Of a stretch of DNA of 33,254 bases, positions 19,824 to 28,925 are shown one piece after another. Made by a program: the position numbers and the translations under genes. Source of the stretch: Candidatus Heimdallarchaeota archaeon (GTDB taxonomy: Archaea; Asgardarchaeota; Heimdallarchaeia; Hodarchaeales; Hodarchaeaceae). The DNA lies in NCBI GenBank assembly GCA_019057635.1, contig DXJL01000192.1, positions 1 to 33,254 on the forward strand, in the 5' to 3' direction. The notes below the pieces were generated by a model, which saw nothing but the letters and a program-made list of their open reading frames with translations, did no database searches and was not told where the DNA came from. The first letter of the stretch is position 1. Every line of letters begins with the position of its first letter.

Positions 19824-20374
19824 TTGAATCATATAGAAGTTGCCAAAGTCGAAAAAAACTGAAGGTCTGGAAAAATATTAAGTTTTTTTTCCCCTATAAA
19901 GAATTAACAGGGGTTCCAAAATGGCGAACTGCTGTCTTGACATGTATTGATTGCCGTATAACCTCCAATGTATTCGGAGTCGAAGATCCAGGTGAAATGA
20001 CGATTCTTCGTAATGCAGGAGCGCTCTTAACTCCTGATAGCCTTCGTTCCCTCTTAATTGCTATCTATGAACTTCATGTACGTAATATTTTCGTGTGTGG
20101 TCATACTCAATGTGGTGGGCAAATGTCACAGCGAAGAATGGATAAGACAATCAATAAGATATCAAAACAGGCCCATTCTCCCCCTGAGACAGTTTTAAAA
20201 ATTCTTGGAGTAAAGAACGTTAGCCAAGCTTTCTTAGGCTTTGAGGATGTTTCCCAACAAGTCATGAAAACTGTTTCTTTAGTTAAAAATCACCCGCTTA
20301 TTTCCCCTATGGGTGTTCATGTAAGTGGATTTGTGTACGATACTCAGAGTGGAGAATTTGTTAAGATTCTCTAA
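19824..20374 (+). CDS. Beta-class carbonic anhydrase (5' end requires a frameshift or a non-canonical start)
   Basis: TCIDCR, RNAG, HTQCGG and GFVYDTQSG motifs. The frame stays open upstream of the called TTG 19937 (KNIKFF...GVPKWRTAVL), but an SD-preceded TTG at 19824 is in a different frame. Confidence 0.85.
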
Positions 20375-21083
20375 TTTGTGACCAAAATTCGACATACATG
20401 GCTTTTTCATTCTTCTCGGGAAGTGAATCTAGAAAGATCAACTTCTGAAGGTTAGGAACACTGTTTTTAATATGGGAGGTATATTTTCGAATTATGATAT
20501 CTACATCATCTGGGTTTTCAATTTTTATAATGCAAAGGACTCGTGCAGGATGTTCATTCGATGTTACTAGGAGTAATAGGTTAATGATGTTATCTAAGAG
20601 AAATATGGGATCAATCGTAAGATCTATTGTGACTAGATTGAACCGTTTTTCCGTTAGAGGTGTAGGTAGAGTAAATACATTGCCGATATGGTAAGAAAAA
20701 TTTGGGTACTCATCTTTCAATAAATAAAGAAATGGTTTAAATTGGGGAGAAATTTCTATTGCGAGGAGCGATTCGATATTTTGCTCAAGGATATACTTAC
20801 AAAAGCCTCCAGCACTCGCTCCTATATCTAAAACTTGATCATTAGGATAAAAAGGAATTTCAGCCTGATTAACAAACAAATCGAGTTTTTGATATCCAAG
20901 TGGTTTAGTGAATTTAATTAATAATGATTTATCTAATAATATTTCATCAGTTTTCTTCACTATGTAAGCTGGTTTCATACATTGCTTCGTATTCACACGT
21001 ACTCCCTTATTTCGGATAAAGCGGTTTGCTTTCGATCGTGAAGATATAAAACCTTTTTTAACAAGCCATTCGTCAAGTCTCAT
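20361..21083 (-). CDS. S4-domain plus FtsJ/TlyA-like RNA methyltransferase
   Basis: MRLDEWLVKKG..SRSKA (S4), G.QKL, VLDIGASAGGF, VTIDL, IK. Start taken at ATG 21083; alternatives are 21092 and 21095. Confidence 0.85.
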   Translation of the reverse strand: MRLDEWLVKKGFISSRSKANRFIRNKGVRVNTKQCMKPAYIVKKTDEILLDKSLLIKFTKPLGYQKLDLFVNQAEIPFYPNDQVLDIGASAGGFCKYILEQNIESLLAIEISPQFKPFLYLLKDEYPNFSYHIGNVFTLPTPLTEKRFNLVTIDLTIDPIFLLDNIINLLLLVTSNEHPARVLCIIKIENPDDVDIIIRKYTSHIKNSVPNLQKLIFLDSLPEKNEKAMYVEFWSQIRES

Positions 21084-21207
21084 GATTTTCATCATTTACA
21101 GATTTAGCTTTTTTTAATCGCCAGGACTTTTTCCCCTGTTTTTTTTTCTCTTGGAAACGTTTTTCTTCACGTAATATCCGTTGGACCCCTTTCCCTTTTC
21201 GAGGCAT
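21073..21207 (-). CDS. Unannotated 44-aa highly basic small protein
   Basis: MPRKGKGVQRILREEKRFQEKKKQGKKSWRLKKAKSVNDENHET*; ATG start after GTGTGA; its stop overlaps the methyltransferase start by 11 nt. Confidence 0.6.
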   Translation of the reverse strand: MPRKGKGVQRILREEKRFQEKKKQGKKSWRLKKAKSVNDENHET

Positions 21208-21376
21208 GATTTCACACACTATATTTCTTTATCTTAATTTTATATTACAAGACTAACTTGTATTAATTTCTCTCTTACACTTTTTCTAAAATTTACTTAG
21301 AATATACAGATTCGGCCGTATTCAACTACCTCTGTCTCTTTGAAATTTAAATGTTACAAAACTTATTGAAGTATGT

Positions 21377-21517
21377 ATGGTCCCCTCTGAACAAAAATCC
21401 CAAAACGTGATGGATGAATCGCGTTCGAACTCTGATGATTATCTAGAGCGTAAATATGGCAAAGAGCCAAAAATCACTTCAAAGGAACTAAAACAACTTA
21501 GATGGAACTGGCATTAG
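21377..21517 (+). CDS. Unannotated 46-aa small protein
   Basis: MVPSEQKSQNVMDESRSNSDDYLERKYGKEPKITSKELKQLRWNWH*; ATG start, TTTAAA about 27 nt upstream, open frame in an AT-rich gap. Confidence 0.5.
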   Translation: MVPSEQKSQNVMDESRSNSDDYLERKYGKEPKITSKELKQLRWNWH

Positions 21518-21695
21518 AAAAGCTAAATAATTTTCCTTTAATAAAAAATACATCCACCAACATTTGTCTGGCATCTATGAATTGATGTCCTCCTAATGGT
21601 TTACGCTCCTTTTTTATTAGAAAATTTTAACTTAATAACAAATTATTTATATCGAGTATCATTTCTTACAGTTAATCCTTCGAGAGTGATAGCTT

Positions 21696-21908
21696 ATGGG
21701 CAGAAAAGATTTAGCAAAGTTCTTACTAGTAGGTTTATTGAGCCTTGTTATTGGTGTAGGGTGTATCTATCTTGGTACTGTGGTTTTTGAAACTGGAGAC
21801 ATGTTTTTTCTGGTTATAATTGGTATTCTATTATCTGCATTAGGTCTTTTCTTAATAGCTTTATTTATTGCTCCTGGAACCATGCTTAAGATACTGAGAC
21901 AGAGATAA
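21696..21908 (+). CDS. Small two-TM membrane protein
   Basis: Helical-hairpin hydrophobicity with basic termini; GAGTGA SD-like motif upstream. Confidence 0.7.
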   Translation: MGRKDLAKFLLVGLLSLVIGVGCIYLGTVVFETGDMFFLVIIGILLSALGLFLIALFIAPGTMLKILRQR

Positions 21909-22058
21909 ACACGATTTCCACAATTAATCTCTTTGTTACACCAAATATAGGATGTGAGAGGGGGATGAGGAATTGACAGTAAAGAAACGGAAATAAGTAA
22001 AAAAACTTTCTTTTAGTCCCCTTAAGGAACCTTTCATAAATTGAAAGAGGTGGATAAT

Positions 22059-23471
22059 ATGTCAGAGTATGCGGATTTAGCTGAATTTGGAATGGAATAC
22101 GCCCAAGATCAAGGTGCGGATTATTCTGAAGCAAGGTTAATAGATGGACAACGAGTTGCCTTTGTTTTACAGAATGGTAACCTAATTTCCGGATCAGAGC
22201 TTCCATGGAAAGGTATGGGATTTAGAGTCTTGTGTAATGGTGGTTTATCTTTTGTATCGGTAGATAATCTCACAAAAAAAGCAGTTAAGAGTGTTATAGC
22301 AACTAGTGTGAAAATGGCTAGAAATTCAAATCCAAAGGATAAAATTGACTTTGGACCACCTGTATCAAATGTTGCCAAGTGGAGAATTCCCGCAAAAGAA
22401 AATTTACGGGATGTTCCGCTTGAAACTATGATAACAAAGTTGCAAGAAATGGATAAAGTCGCGGAAGATGCTGGAATCAATACACGTGCCACTATTTTCG
22501 AAGCCCAAAGTCTAACAAAGTATTTAATTACTTCAGAGGGAACAAAAATTGAATCTGATTTATCTATGTTGAAATTTATTGGAGTAATTACCGCTAAAGG
22601 TGTTTTGGATTCAGAACAACGTTTTGTTGATCTAACTCGAAGCACAGGTTGGGAGGGAACTAAAACATGGATCGAAGAATTCGAGAACGAGTGTGGACGA
22701 ATAGCCAAAGTCGCTTCACAATCTGATCATAAGTTAACAGGAAAAGTAGATTTTGTGGTGGGACCAGAAGTAGTGGGTATTATTTGTCATGAAAATGCAG
22801 GACACCCCTCCGAAGGTGATAGAATTATGGGGAGAGAAGGAGCACAAGCTGGAGAGTCGTTTTGGCGTGATTTAACCCTTGGTGAATCTCGAGTAGGTTC
22901 AGACCATGTTACTATACTCGAAGATCCCACAATTCCTGGAACTGGAGGCTATTATCTATATGATGACGAAGGAGTGAAAGCACGCGAGCGCGTGCTTATT
23001 AAAAACGGAATAATTAACGAGCCACTTCTTAATCGAGAGTTTGGTGTTAAATTTGGTGTGGGGTCTAATGGTTCCTCCCGTTCTTCTGATTTTAATAGAG
23101 AGCCAATTATTAGAATGGCCAACACTTACATGAAACCAGGTGATTTTACGTTTAACGAATTAATCGAAGATGTAAAACATGGTATATACATGCTATCTTT
23201 CACTGAATGGAATATAGACGATAGAAGATATCAATCGAAGTATGTGGGTTTTGAGTGCTACGAAATCAAGGATGGGGAAATAACTGAGACTATGGTAAGA
23301 AGACCTGTCATGGAATTGACCTCGATTGGGCTCTTCTCCTCGATTGATGGGGTGACCAAGGATCTTAATTTTGATTTTCCAGGGATATGTGGGAAGTCAG
23401 ATCCTGGACAAGGAGTTCCTGTCTATGCTGGAGGGGGTTCAATACGTATGCGAGGTATTAGACTGGGTTAA
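22059..23471 (+). CDS. tldD: TldD metalloprotease
   Basis: HENAGHPSEGD (HExxxH), YDDEGV, IRMANTY, CGK..PGQGVPV.AGG. ATG 22059 follows a GAGGTGG SD. Confidence 0.92.
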   Translation: MSEYADLAEFGMEYAQDQGADYSEARLIDGQRVAFVLQNGNLISGSELPWKGMGFRVLCNGGLSFVSVDNLTKKAVKSVIATSVKMARNSNPKDKIDFGPPVSNVAKWRIPAKENLRDVPLETMITKLQEMDKVAEDAGINTRATIFEAQSLTKYLITSEGTKIESDLSMLKFIGVITAKGVLDSEQRFVDLTRSTGWEGTKTWIEEFENECGRIAKVASQSDHKLTGKVDFVVGPEVVGIICHENAGHPSEGDRIMGREGAQAGESFWRDLTLGESRVGSDHVTILEDPTIPGTGGYYLYDDEGVKARERVLIKNGIINEPLLNREFGVKFGVGSNGSSRSSDFNREPIIRMANTYMKPGDFTFNELIEDVKHGIYMLSFTEWNIDDRRYQSKYVGFECYEIKDGEITETMVRRPVMELTSIGLFSSIDGVTKDLNFDFPGICGKSDPGQGVPVYAGGGSIRMRGIRLG

Positions 23472-23481
23472 GGTGAATGAT

Positions 23482-24867
23482 ATGGACGATAAGCTAAAAT
23501 CACTTGTTGATTATGCTATTTCTGTTGGGCAAAAACAAAATGTTGACCTCATCCTAGGCTTAGGATCTCAATCGGTTAACAATCAAATCCGTTTCTCTCA
23601 AAATAAAATAGACATCAATAAGCAATGGCAATCTGATGTAATTGAACTACTGGTTGTCGTTGAGGGGAATCAAGTTTCAATAGGCTCCTTTTCCCCTCGT
23701 GATGAAGCATATGTTAAGGAACGCGTTAATGCTCAGATAAAGTTTGCCCAGAAAATGACCCCTAGTCCATTTTTCATAGGTGTAGAATCTGAAAAACATG
23801 AAATGGACCAGTCCTCCTATCATAGTCATTTCGACCCCAATATTGACGAATATCGTGAGAAAGCACCTCAAGTCATTAATACGTGCATAGATGAAGCTAT
23901 TAATACCGGTGCAAAACGAGTTGCTGGATCTTTTTTATTTGGCAAGAATTCGTCCTATCTTTCTAGTTCTGCTGGCCCGACTGGTAGTTTCAAAAATACT
24001 TTCTATAACCTAACGGTTAGAGCATTTCAAAAGGAGTTAGATGCTTCAGGCCAAGGCCTTGCCTGTGGACGTATTCCTAATAGTTCAGAAAAAGATTTAA
24101 TTCAAGCTGCAGCTAAGGCCGGTCAATTTTCTATTTTGCACAAGAATGCCCAAAAGGCTAAAGCAGGTTTATATGATATTATTATGAGTCCTGCAGTTGC
24201 TGCTAATATACTTGGTACCATTCCTCAGGATGCCAATCCTCTAGCTATTATGATAGGCATGAGTTCATTAGGTGATAGATTGGGTGAAAAACTTGCCCCT
24301 GATTTCGTAAATATTGAGGATAATGGTAAGCAACCTGGTGGATTAGCGACAACTCCTATCGATATTGAAGGAACTCCTAGATATAACACACCTATAATCC
24401 GTGAGGGAGTCTTAAAAAGTTATATCCATAATACTACTACTGGTAATATGTTCCAAGGTGAAAGTACTGGAAATGGAGCCTTCGTAAACTTTGGAATGGG
24501 CAGTAAGATAATGGCTCCAGCACCTACAAATACAGTATTTAATAATGGTGATCATTCGTTTGATGAATTATTAGATACTTCACGGAAGACCATTTATGTA
24601 ACTTGTAATTGGTACACACGATTTACCAGTAGGATATCGACTGAATACAGTACAATTCCTCGTGATGCCGCTTTCCTTGTTGAAAATGGCGAATTATCGG
24701 CTCCACTAAAGAATTTTAGAATCAGTGATAAAATTCTAAATCATTTTGCCAACATTGACGCTATGGGAAATGATCGTGTTCAAGTGAAATGGTGGGAAGT
24801 TTCTGTACCCACGTGGATCCCAACAATTCGTATAAAAGATTGTCGTATAACCACAGCTACTCAGTAA
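23482..24867 (+). CDS. pmbA: TldE/PmbA protein
   Basis: IRFSQN, DIEGTP, STGNG, LVENGE...KNFRISD; no HExxxH. ATG 23482 follows AGGTGA; directly downstream of tldD. Confidence 0.88.
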   Translation: MDDKLKSLVDYAISVGQKQNVDLILGLGSQSVNNQIRFSQNKIDINKQWQSDVIELLVVVEGNQVSIGSFSPRDEAYVKERVNAQIKFAQKMTPSPFFIGVESEKHEMDQSSYHSHFDPNIDEYREKAPQVINTCIDEAINTGAKRVAGSFLFGKNSSYLSSSAGPTGSFKNTFYNLTVRAFQKELDASGQGLACGRIPNSSEKDLIQAAAKAGQFSILHKNAQKAKAGLYDIIMSPAVAANILGTIPQDANPLAIMIGMSSLGDRLGEKLAPDFVNIEDNGKQPGGLATTPIDIEGTPRYNTPIIREGVLKSYIHNTTTGNMFQGESTGNGAFVNFGMGSKIMAPAPTNTVFNNGDHSFDELLDTSRKTIYVTCNWYTRFTSRISTEYSTIPRDAAFLVENGELSAPLKNFRISDKILNHFANIDAMGNDRVQVKWWEVSVPTWIPTIRIKDCRITTATQ

Positions 24868-24928
24868 AAGGATTACTGAGTTTTTACTTCCCTTTTTCTC
24901 CTTTTTTTTCTTTTAGCTATTTTTTTTA
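24859..24928 (+). terminator. Hairpin plus U-rich terminator after tldE
   Basis: ACTCAGTAA-AAGGA-TTACTGAGT (perfect 9-bp stem) followed immediately by TTTT and long pyrimidine/T tracts. Confidence 0.7.
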
Positions 24929-24994
24929 ACATGAATGTTATACTATTCCTCGAACACTTTCAGATTTTTTTACTCCTAATGAAAAGGTGGAAAA

Positions 24995-25465
24995 ATGCCT
25001 GTATGTAAAAAATGCCGTAATTATGTGATGAAACTTCCTTGTCCACATTGCGGAAGCGATCTCTCCTTAACTGATCGTACTACCAGCGATATTCAACCGA
25101 TTATCCCCAAAGCTTTGCAAGGAGATTTTGAAGAGCCTCCAGCCCCTTCGTACGTTGAAGGAATTCCTGACCGTGAGAGCATGGAACCTATTCCTTCAAA
25201 AAAAGAAAGTTATAGATCTGAATCTGAGAGTAAAGGAGTTCATTCTTCAGAGCCAAGCTATTCTTCACAGCCTAGAGCTTCTTCCCCCTCAGTAGATAAT
25301 GTAACAAATTCGTTTTTACCAAAGGTAGATAATCGGTTAACTTTGATTGAAAGTTCCATGAAATCTATTCAGAATGAACTTTCGACATTGTCAAAGAGTC
25401 AAAAAGTAATTGAGAATATCTTAACAAGGATGAATGGAGAATTACTAAAATTACGTAAGGATTAA
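24995..25465 (+). CDS. Hypothetical protein: N-terminal zinc ribbon, low-complexity linker, C-terminal coiled coil
   Basis: CKKC-x7-CPHC, S/P/E-rich middle, heptad-patterned C-terminal ~45 aa; AGGTGG SD. Confidence 0.8.
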   Translation: MPVCKKCRNYVMKLPCPHCGSDLSLTDRTTSDIQPIIPKALQGDFEEPPAPSYVEGIPDRESMEPIPSKKESYRSESESKGVHSSEPSYSSQPRASSPSVDNVTNSFLPKVDNRLTLIESSMKSIQNELSTLSKSQKVIENILTRMNGELLKLRKD

Positions 25466-25469
25466 CTCG

Positions 25470-28121
25470 TTATAATCTAAGAAATTGGCTTACAAGTAAC
25501 CCCTCTAAAAGCTGTTTTTCTTGATTGTGGGGAGGTAAACATTCTGCAACAGCTTGACAAAATGGGCCAAAGACATTTCTAACAGGTTTGATTGCTGAAT
25601 CGAATAATTGAGATAATGTTTTCTTGTCATTTGATTTCCAAGCGAGAGCTGCTTGATGCATGATGTCAACGAGATGGTGACTTTGAGTATTAATTGTTGA
25701 TCGCTCTAGTGCTGACTTAATAGTGACTTGAGAACCAGATATTTGTACAAAACCATCAGTTCTTGAATGTTGTTTCAAATCAATACCATAGGCTTGAGCG
25801 AGCTTGTGAACCTCTCCATAATCAACCGTTGATTCTCCATAAGTCCATCGATAAGCAAGGTAAAATTGTCCAGTTTCGTCTATTATCGCATTTTGAGGAA
25901 TATCGGTAAGGATCCGAAATAGGAAGCTGGTTGAGATCTTTCTAATTTGCAATAATTGGTCGGATATGGGTACTTGTTCCCCCGAATATTTCAAAATCGT
26001 ACGATATCGACTAAATATTTCCATTCCAGGACCAATGGCCGAAATAAAAAAATCACCACCCCGTATCCCATCAGACCAAAATCGTTTTAAGTGATTAAAA
26101 ATATTTTTTTCGACTTCAGAAATAATTTCTCGTAAATATCCCTCTGATTGTTGTTCACCTTTACGGCATATCAAGTAAATTGAGGATGCTAATGCTGCTG
26201 AGGTTCGGGCTCTTAATCGAGTCTTCATTTCTGTATGAATGGGCCATGAAGATGTTATCGAAAACCCCGCTTGAATGAGAGCTTCCAGCATAGTTTCCCA
26301 ACCCGAAGTAGATTTATGAGCATACACAAAGATCGCAATACCATTCGGTTTGAGAACCCGAAAAAATTCATGGAAAGCTTTTGTTAGCATGGTTTCAAAG
26401 AACTCTTTTGGATTATCTTGACGTCCTTTATTTGCTACAATTTCTAAATTCTTTGGAGTCAAGGGAGTAGAAAATAAATGTGGGAAGATGTCGCCTACTG
26501 CGCGCTTAAACCAAACGTAAAAAAAATCAGATAAATCTGAATAGGGCACATTGTCATAATAAGGGGGATCTGTAATAACCGCATCAAAATAGTCATCTGG
26601 GTGATCTAATTTTGTAGCTGATGCCTGTTCAACAATTACATTGGATGGGGCTTTCCACGAATTATTCCGAAGATATCTGAGAACCCATTCTGTCTGTTTT
26701 GACCAATCACCATTTGCCCCTGAGAATACATTCAGTTCTACATAGTCCCATGTCATCGCAAGAGCTGTTCGACCAAAAACATGTTCAATTTTCTCCCCGT
26801 AAACATTATAGATCACAAGATTTGAGCATTTGTCTGTTAATCGTCCGAGAATAATGGTTAGATATGTAATTATAATTTGGGCCAAATCTACATTAATCTG
26901 CTGACCATCGGGATAGTTTTTATTTAACCAATGTTGTACCGATGAAGAACTAGACTTAATTTCTTTTAAGAAGTAGATTAAGGACAGTAGTTGTCTCTCA
27001 TTAAAGAGATCTTTCCATCTTAGGAGACCATAATTCTGTACGCTAAAACCAAGGGTTCCTTTTGGGGGCAATCGTTCATTTGGGACAAGATCGTAAAATT
27101 GCTTATCATTCTGCAATTTTTCAGCCAGAAAAGACACAGTCTCTTGATAAACTTCTACATCACGTTTTGTTGCTAGTCGATAGATTTTCTTAGCTTTTGA
27201 TGGATTGCGGAGAATAACAATTGTCATACGTTGACCGAGTTTTCCCTCTTTGACATATTCTCGAATGGTATTAGAAGAGATAACCTGTCGACAGAAAAGA
27301 CACCGAACAGTAGATCTCGCTATAGTCCCCTCTGAAGGATTGAAATCGATTGTTTGATCTTCCTGAATTACAAAGGAAAGAGGGTTATCTAAATCAGGAT
27401 TCATTATAGGTTTGTAAGCAATACGACGTGTTTTGGTGCGAGCTAGCCAGAAATGTTTGATTAGAGGAATATCATGTTTACATTGAGGATTAGCACACGG
27501 AAAGGTTCTTGCCCATAAATAACCTATAGGTATATTTCCATTTGGATCTGCAGGATAGAATCTGTTAAGTTCTTTTTCCACCTGTTGTTGGATCCTATCA
27601 GCCCAATAAGCAACAAAATCAGCTAATTCAGGTGAACCAAGCTTTTGTGGCCATTCTAAAGTCGCTTTGGAAATTAGAACTGCCATTGGATTCAAATCAG
27701 ATGCATAGGTCTCGCAGCCCAACCTCAAAGCTTCTAGAGGAATAGATCCTCCTCCCGAAAAGGGGTCTAAAAGTTTAGGTGGGTGTGATTGCCACTGAGC
27801 TTGAATTAATTTTCTTCCTCTTTCAATCATCGTATGGTGTGGAGTTTTCACGATACTCCAAGGGGAGATATCAGAAATGAATTGAAGGAGTGCTACTTGA
27901 TCAGACTCGGATTGAGGTAATTTTAGCAACGCTGCTAATATGGTTGCTCTAGAACTAGCAAGAGGACGACGAGCCCACCAGAGGTGTAGAGTACTTGGAT
28001 GACCATGTCTTACACTTTTTTCATGACTCGATGCTTTGGAAATCTCCAGTAAAGGGAGGTTCCATTCAATCACTCGCTTATCCAAAAAATTCCCGCATTC
28101 AGATCTTTGTGCAAAAAGCAA
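25470..28121 (-). CDS. DUF1156-containing adenine-specific DNA methyltransferase with zinc ribbon
   Basis: TLHLWWARRPLA, LDPFSGGGSIPLEA, CANPQC/CLFC, TDPPYYDNVPYSDLSDFFYVW, AHKS...WE, WPIHTE. The true start may be TTG 28085. Confidence 0.92.
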   Translation of the reverse strand: MLFAQRSECGNFLDKRVIEWNLPLLEISKASSHEKSVRHGHPSTLHLWWARRPLASSRATILAALLKLPQSESDQVALLQFISDISPWSIVKTPHHTMIERGRKLIQAQWQSHPPKLLDPFSGGGSIPLEALRLGCETYASDLNPMAVLISKATLEWPQKLGSPELADFVAYWADRIQQQVEKELNRFYPADPNGNIPIGYLWARTFPCANPQCKHDIPLIKHFWLARTKTRRIAYKPIMNPDLDNPLSFVIQEDQTIDFNPSEGTIARSTVRCLFCRQVISSNTIREYVKEGKLGQRMTIVILRNPSKAKKIYRLATKRDVEVYQETVSFLAEKLQNDKQFYDLVPNERLPPKGTLGFSVQNYGLLRWKDLFNERQLLSLIYFLKEIKSSSSSVQHWLNKNYPDGQQINVDLAQIIITYLTIILGRLTDKCSNLVIYNVYGEKIEHVFGRTALAMTWDYVELNVFSGANGDWSKQTEWVLRYLRNNSWKAPSNVIVEQASATKLDHPDDYFDAVITDPPYYDNVPYSDLSDFFYVWFKRAVGDIFPHLFSTPLTPKNLEIVANKGRQDNPKEFFETMLTKAFHEFFRVLKPNGIAIFVYAHKSTSGWETMLEALIQAGFSITSSWPIHTEMKTRLRARTSAALASSIYLICRKGEQQSEGYLREIISEVEKNIFNHLKRFWSDGIRGGDFFISAIGPGMEIFSRYRTILKYSGEQVPISDQLLQIRKISTSFLFRILTDIPQNAIIDETGQFYLAYRWTYGESTVDYGEVHKLAQAYGIDLKQHSRTDGFVQISGSQVTIKSALERSTINTQSHHLVDIMHQAALAWKSNDKKTLSQLFDSAIKPVRNVFGPFCQAVAECLPPHNQEKQLLEGLLVSQFLRL

Positions 28122-28271
28122 CTGATTTCCAATAAATGGAGTTTAAATATATTGCCACTGGAGTGATTCAGGAAATCTTAGGCAATTAGTAATAGTTTAG
28201 AATGGTGGAAGGTACACTAAGACGATCTGGGAGTAAGCTTTTGTCGTGTAAAAAGAAAAAAATGAGAGAGA

Positions 28272-28889
28272 TTAATCATCGCACGAGCCTTCAGAATCCA
28301 CAAGTCTTACAGTGGAAGCAGAAATAGCATCGGCTCTGGCCAATAATATTCTCATCTCCTCAATAACGGACTTTTCTATTTCAATTTGTTGTTTGAGGAA
28401 ACCCTTTCGATATTCTTTAACAAATTCATCCTTCGTTTCTTCAGTCCAACCATATTTTTTTCGATATTCTGCATAGAGAAGATAAGCTCGTGTGGAGCGT
28501 TCGACCCAACGATCAAGATAATGAAAATCTTCAGTGAAAACTAACACTTGGGGAACTTTTTCACCATCATTGACTTTGGTTACCAGAAATGGCAATTGGT
28601 CCTTGTTCATAATTTTCATATTTAAATTTGGGCTGTGTTCAGCAATACGAGTAATAATGGGAATGTTCGTTTGCGAATCCCAACACCAAGTCGTTGCAGC
28701 AACTAGAATATTAATTGGATGCTTAAGATCAATACGGAAAGTTTCAGGAGAGTGCTTCTTCGCACTTTTATCGTAATAATATCGGAATCTTTTAGCCTCG
28801 TCTTCAGTAGCATCTTTAAGAAATTCGTCGAAAGACATTCCTCTGTTAAAAAAATTGTATGTTATTCTATCAATCATTATTATTCCCAC
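28272..28889 (-). CDS. Thioredoxin-fold protein (Thioredoxin_9-like) with a WCWDS active site
   Basis: G.SFDEF, TTWCWDSQTNIP, KVPQV, RWVERS. Confidence 0.8.
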   Translation of the reverse strand: MGIIMIDRITYNFFNRGMSFDEFLKDATEDEAKRFRYYYDKSAKKHSPETFRIDLKHPINILVAATTWCWDSQTNIPIITRIAEHSPNLNMKIMNKDQLPFLVTKVNDGEKVPQVLVFTEDFHYLDRWVERSTRAYLLYAEYRKKYGWTEETKDEFVKEYRKGFLKQQIEIEKSVIEEMRILLARADAISASTVRLVDSEGSCDD

Positions 28890-28925
28890 CGAATGAAAAA
28901 AAGGGAAAAAAAAGATGTTAAAAAT

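Noticed and set aside
19860-19862. TGA as selenocysteine or readthrough upstream of the carbonic anhydrase
   Set aside because: Readthrough stays in the wrong frame and stops again at a TAA shortly after. No in-frame TGA at a catalytic Cys position was seen in the redox genes either.
20494-23871. ORFs 20494-20694, 21596-21790, 21886-22206, 22121-22708 and 23677-23871
   Set aside because: They overlap better-supported genes on the opposite strand or in another frame.
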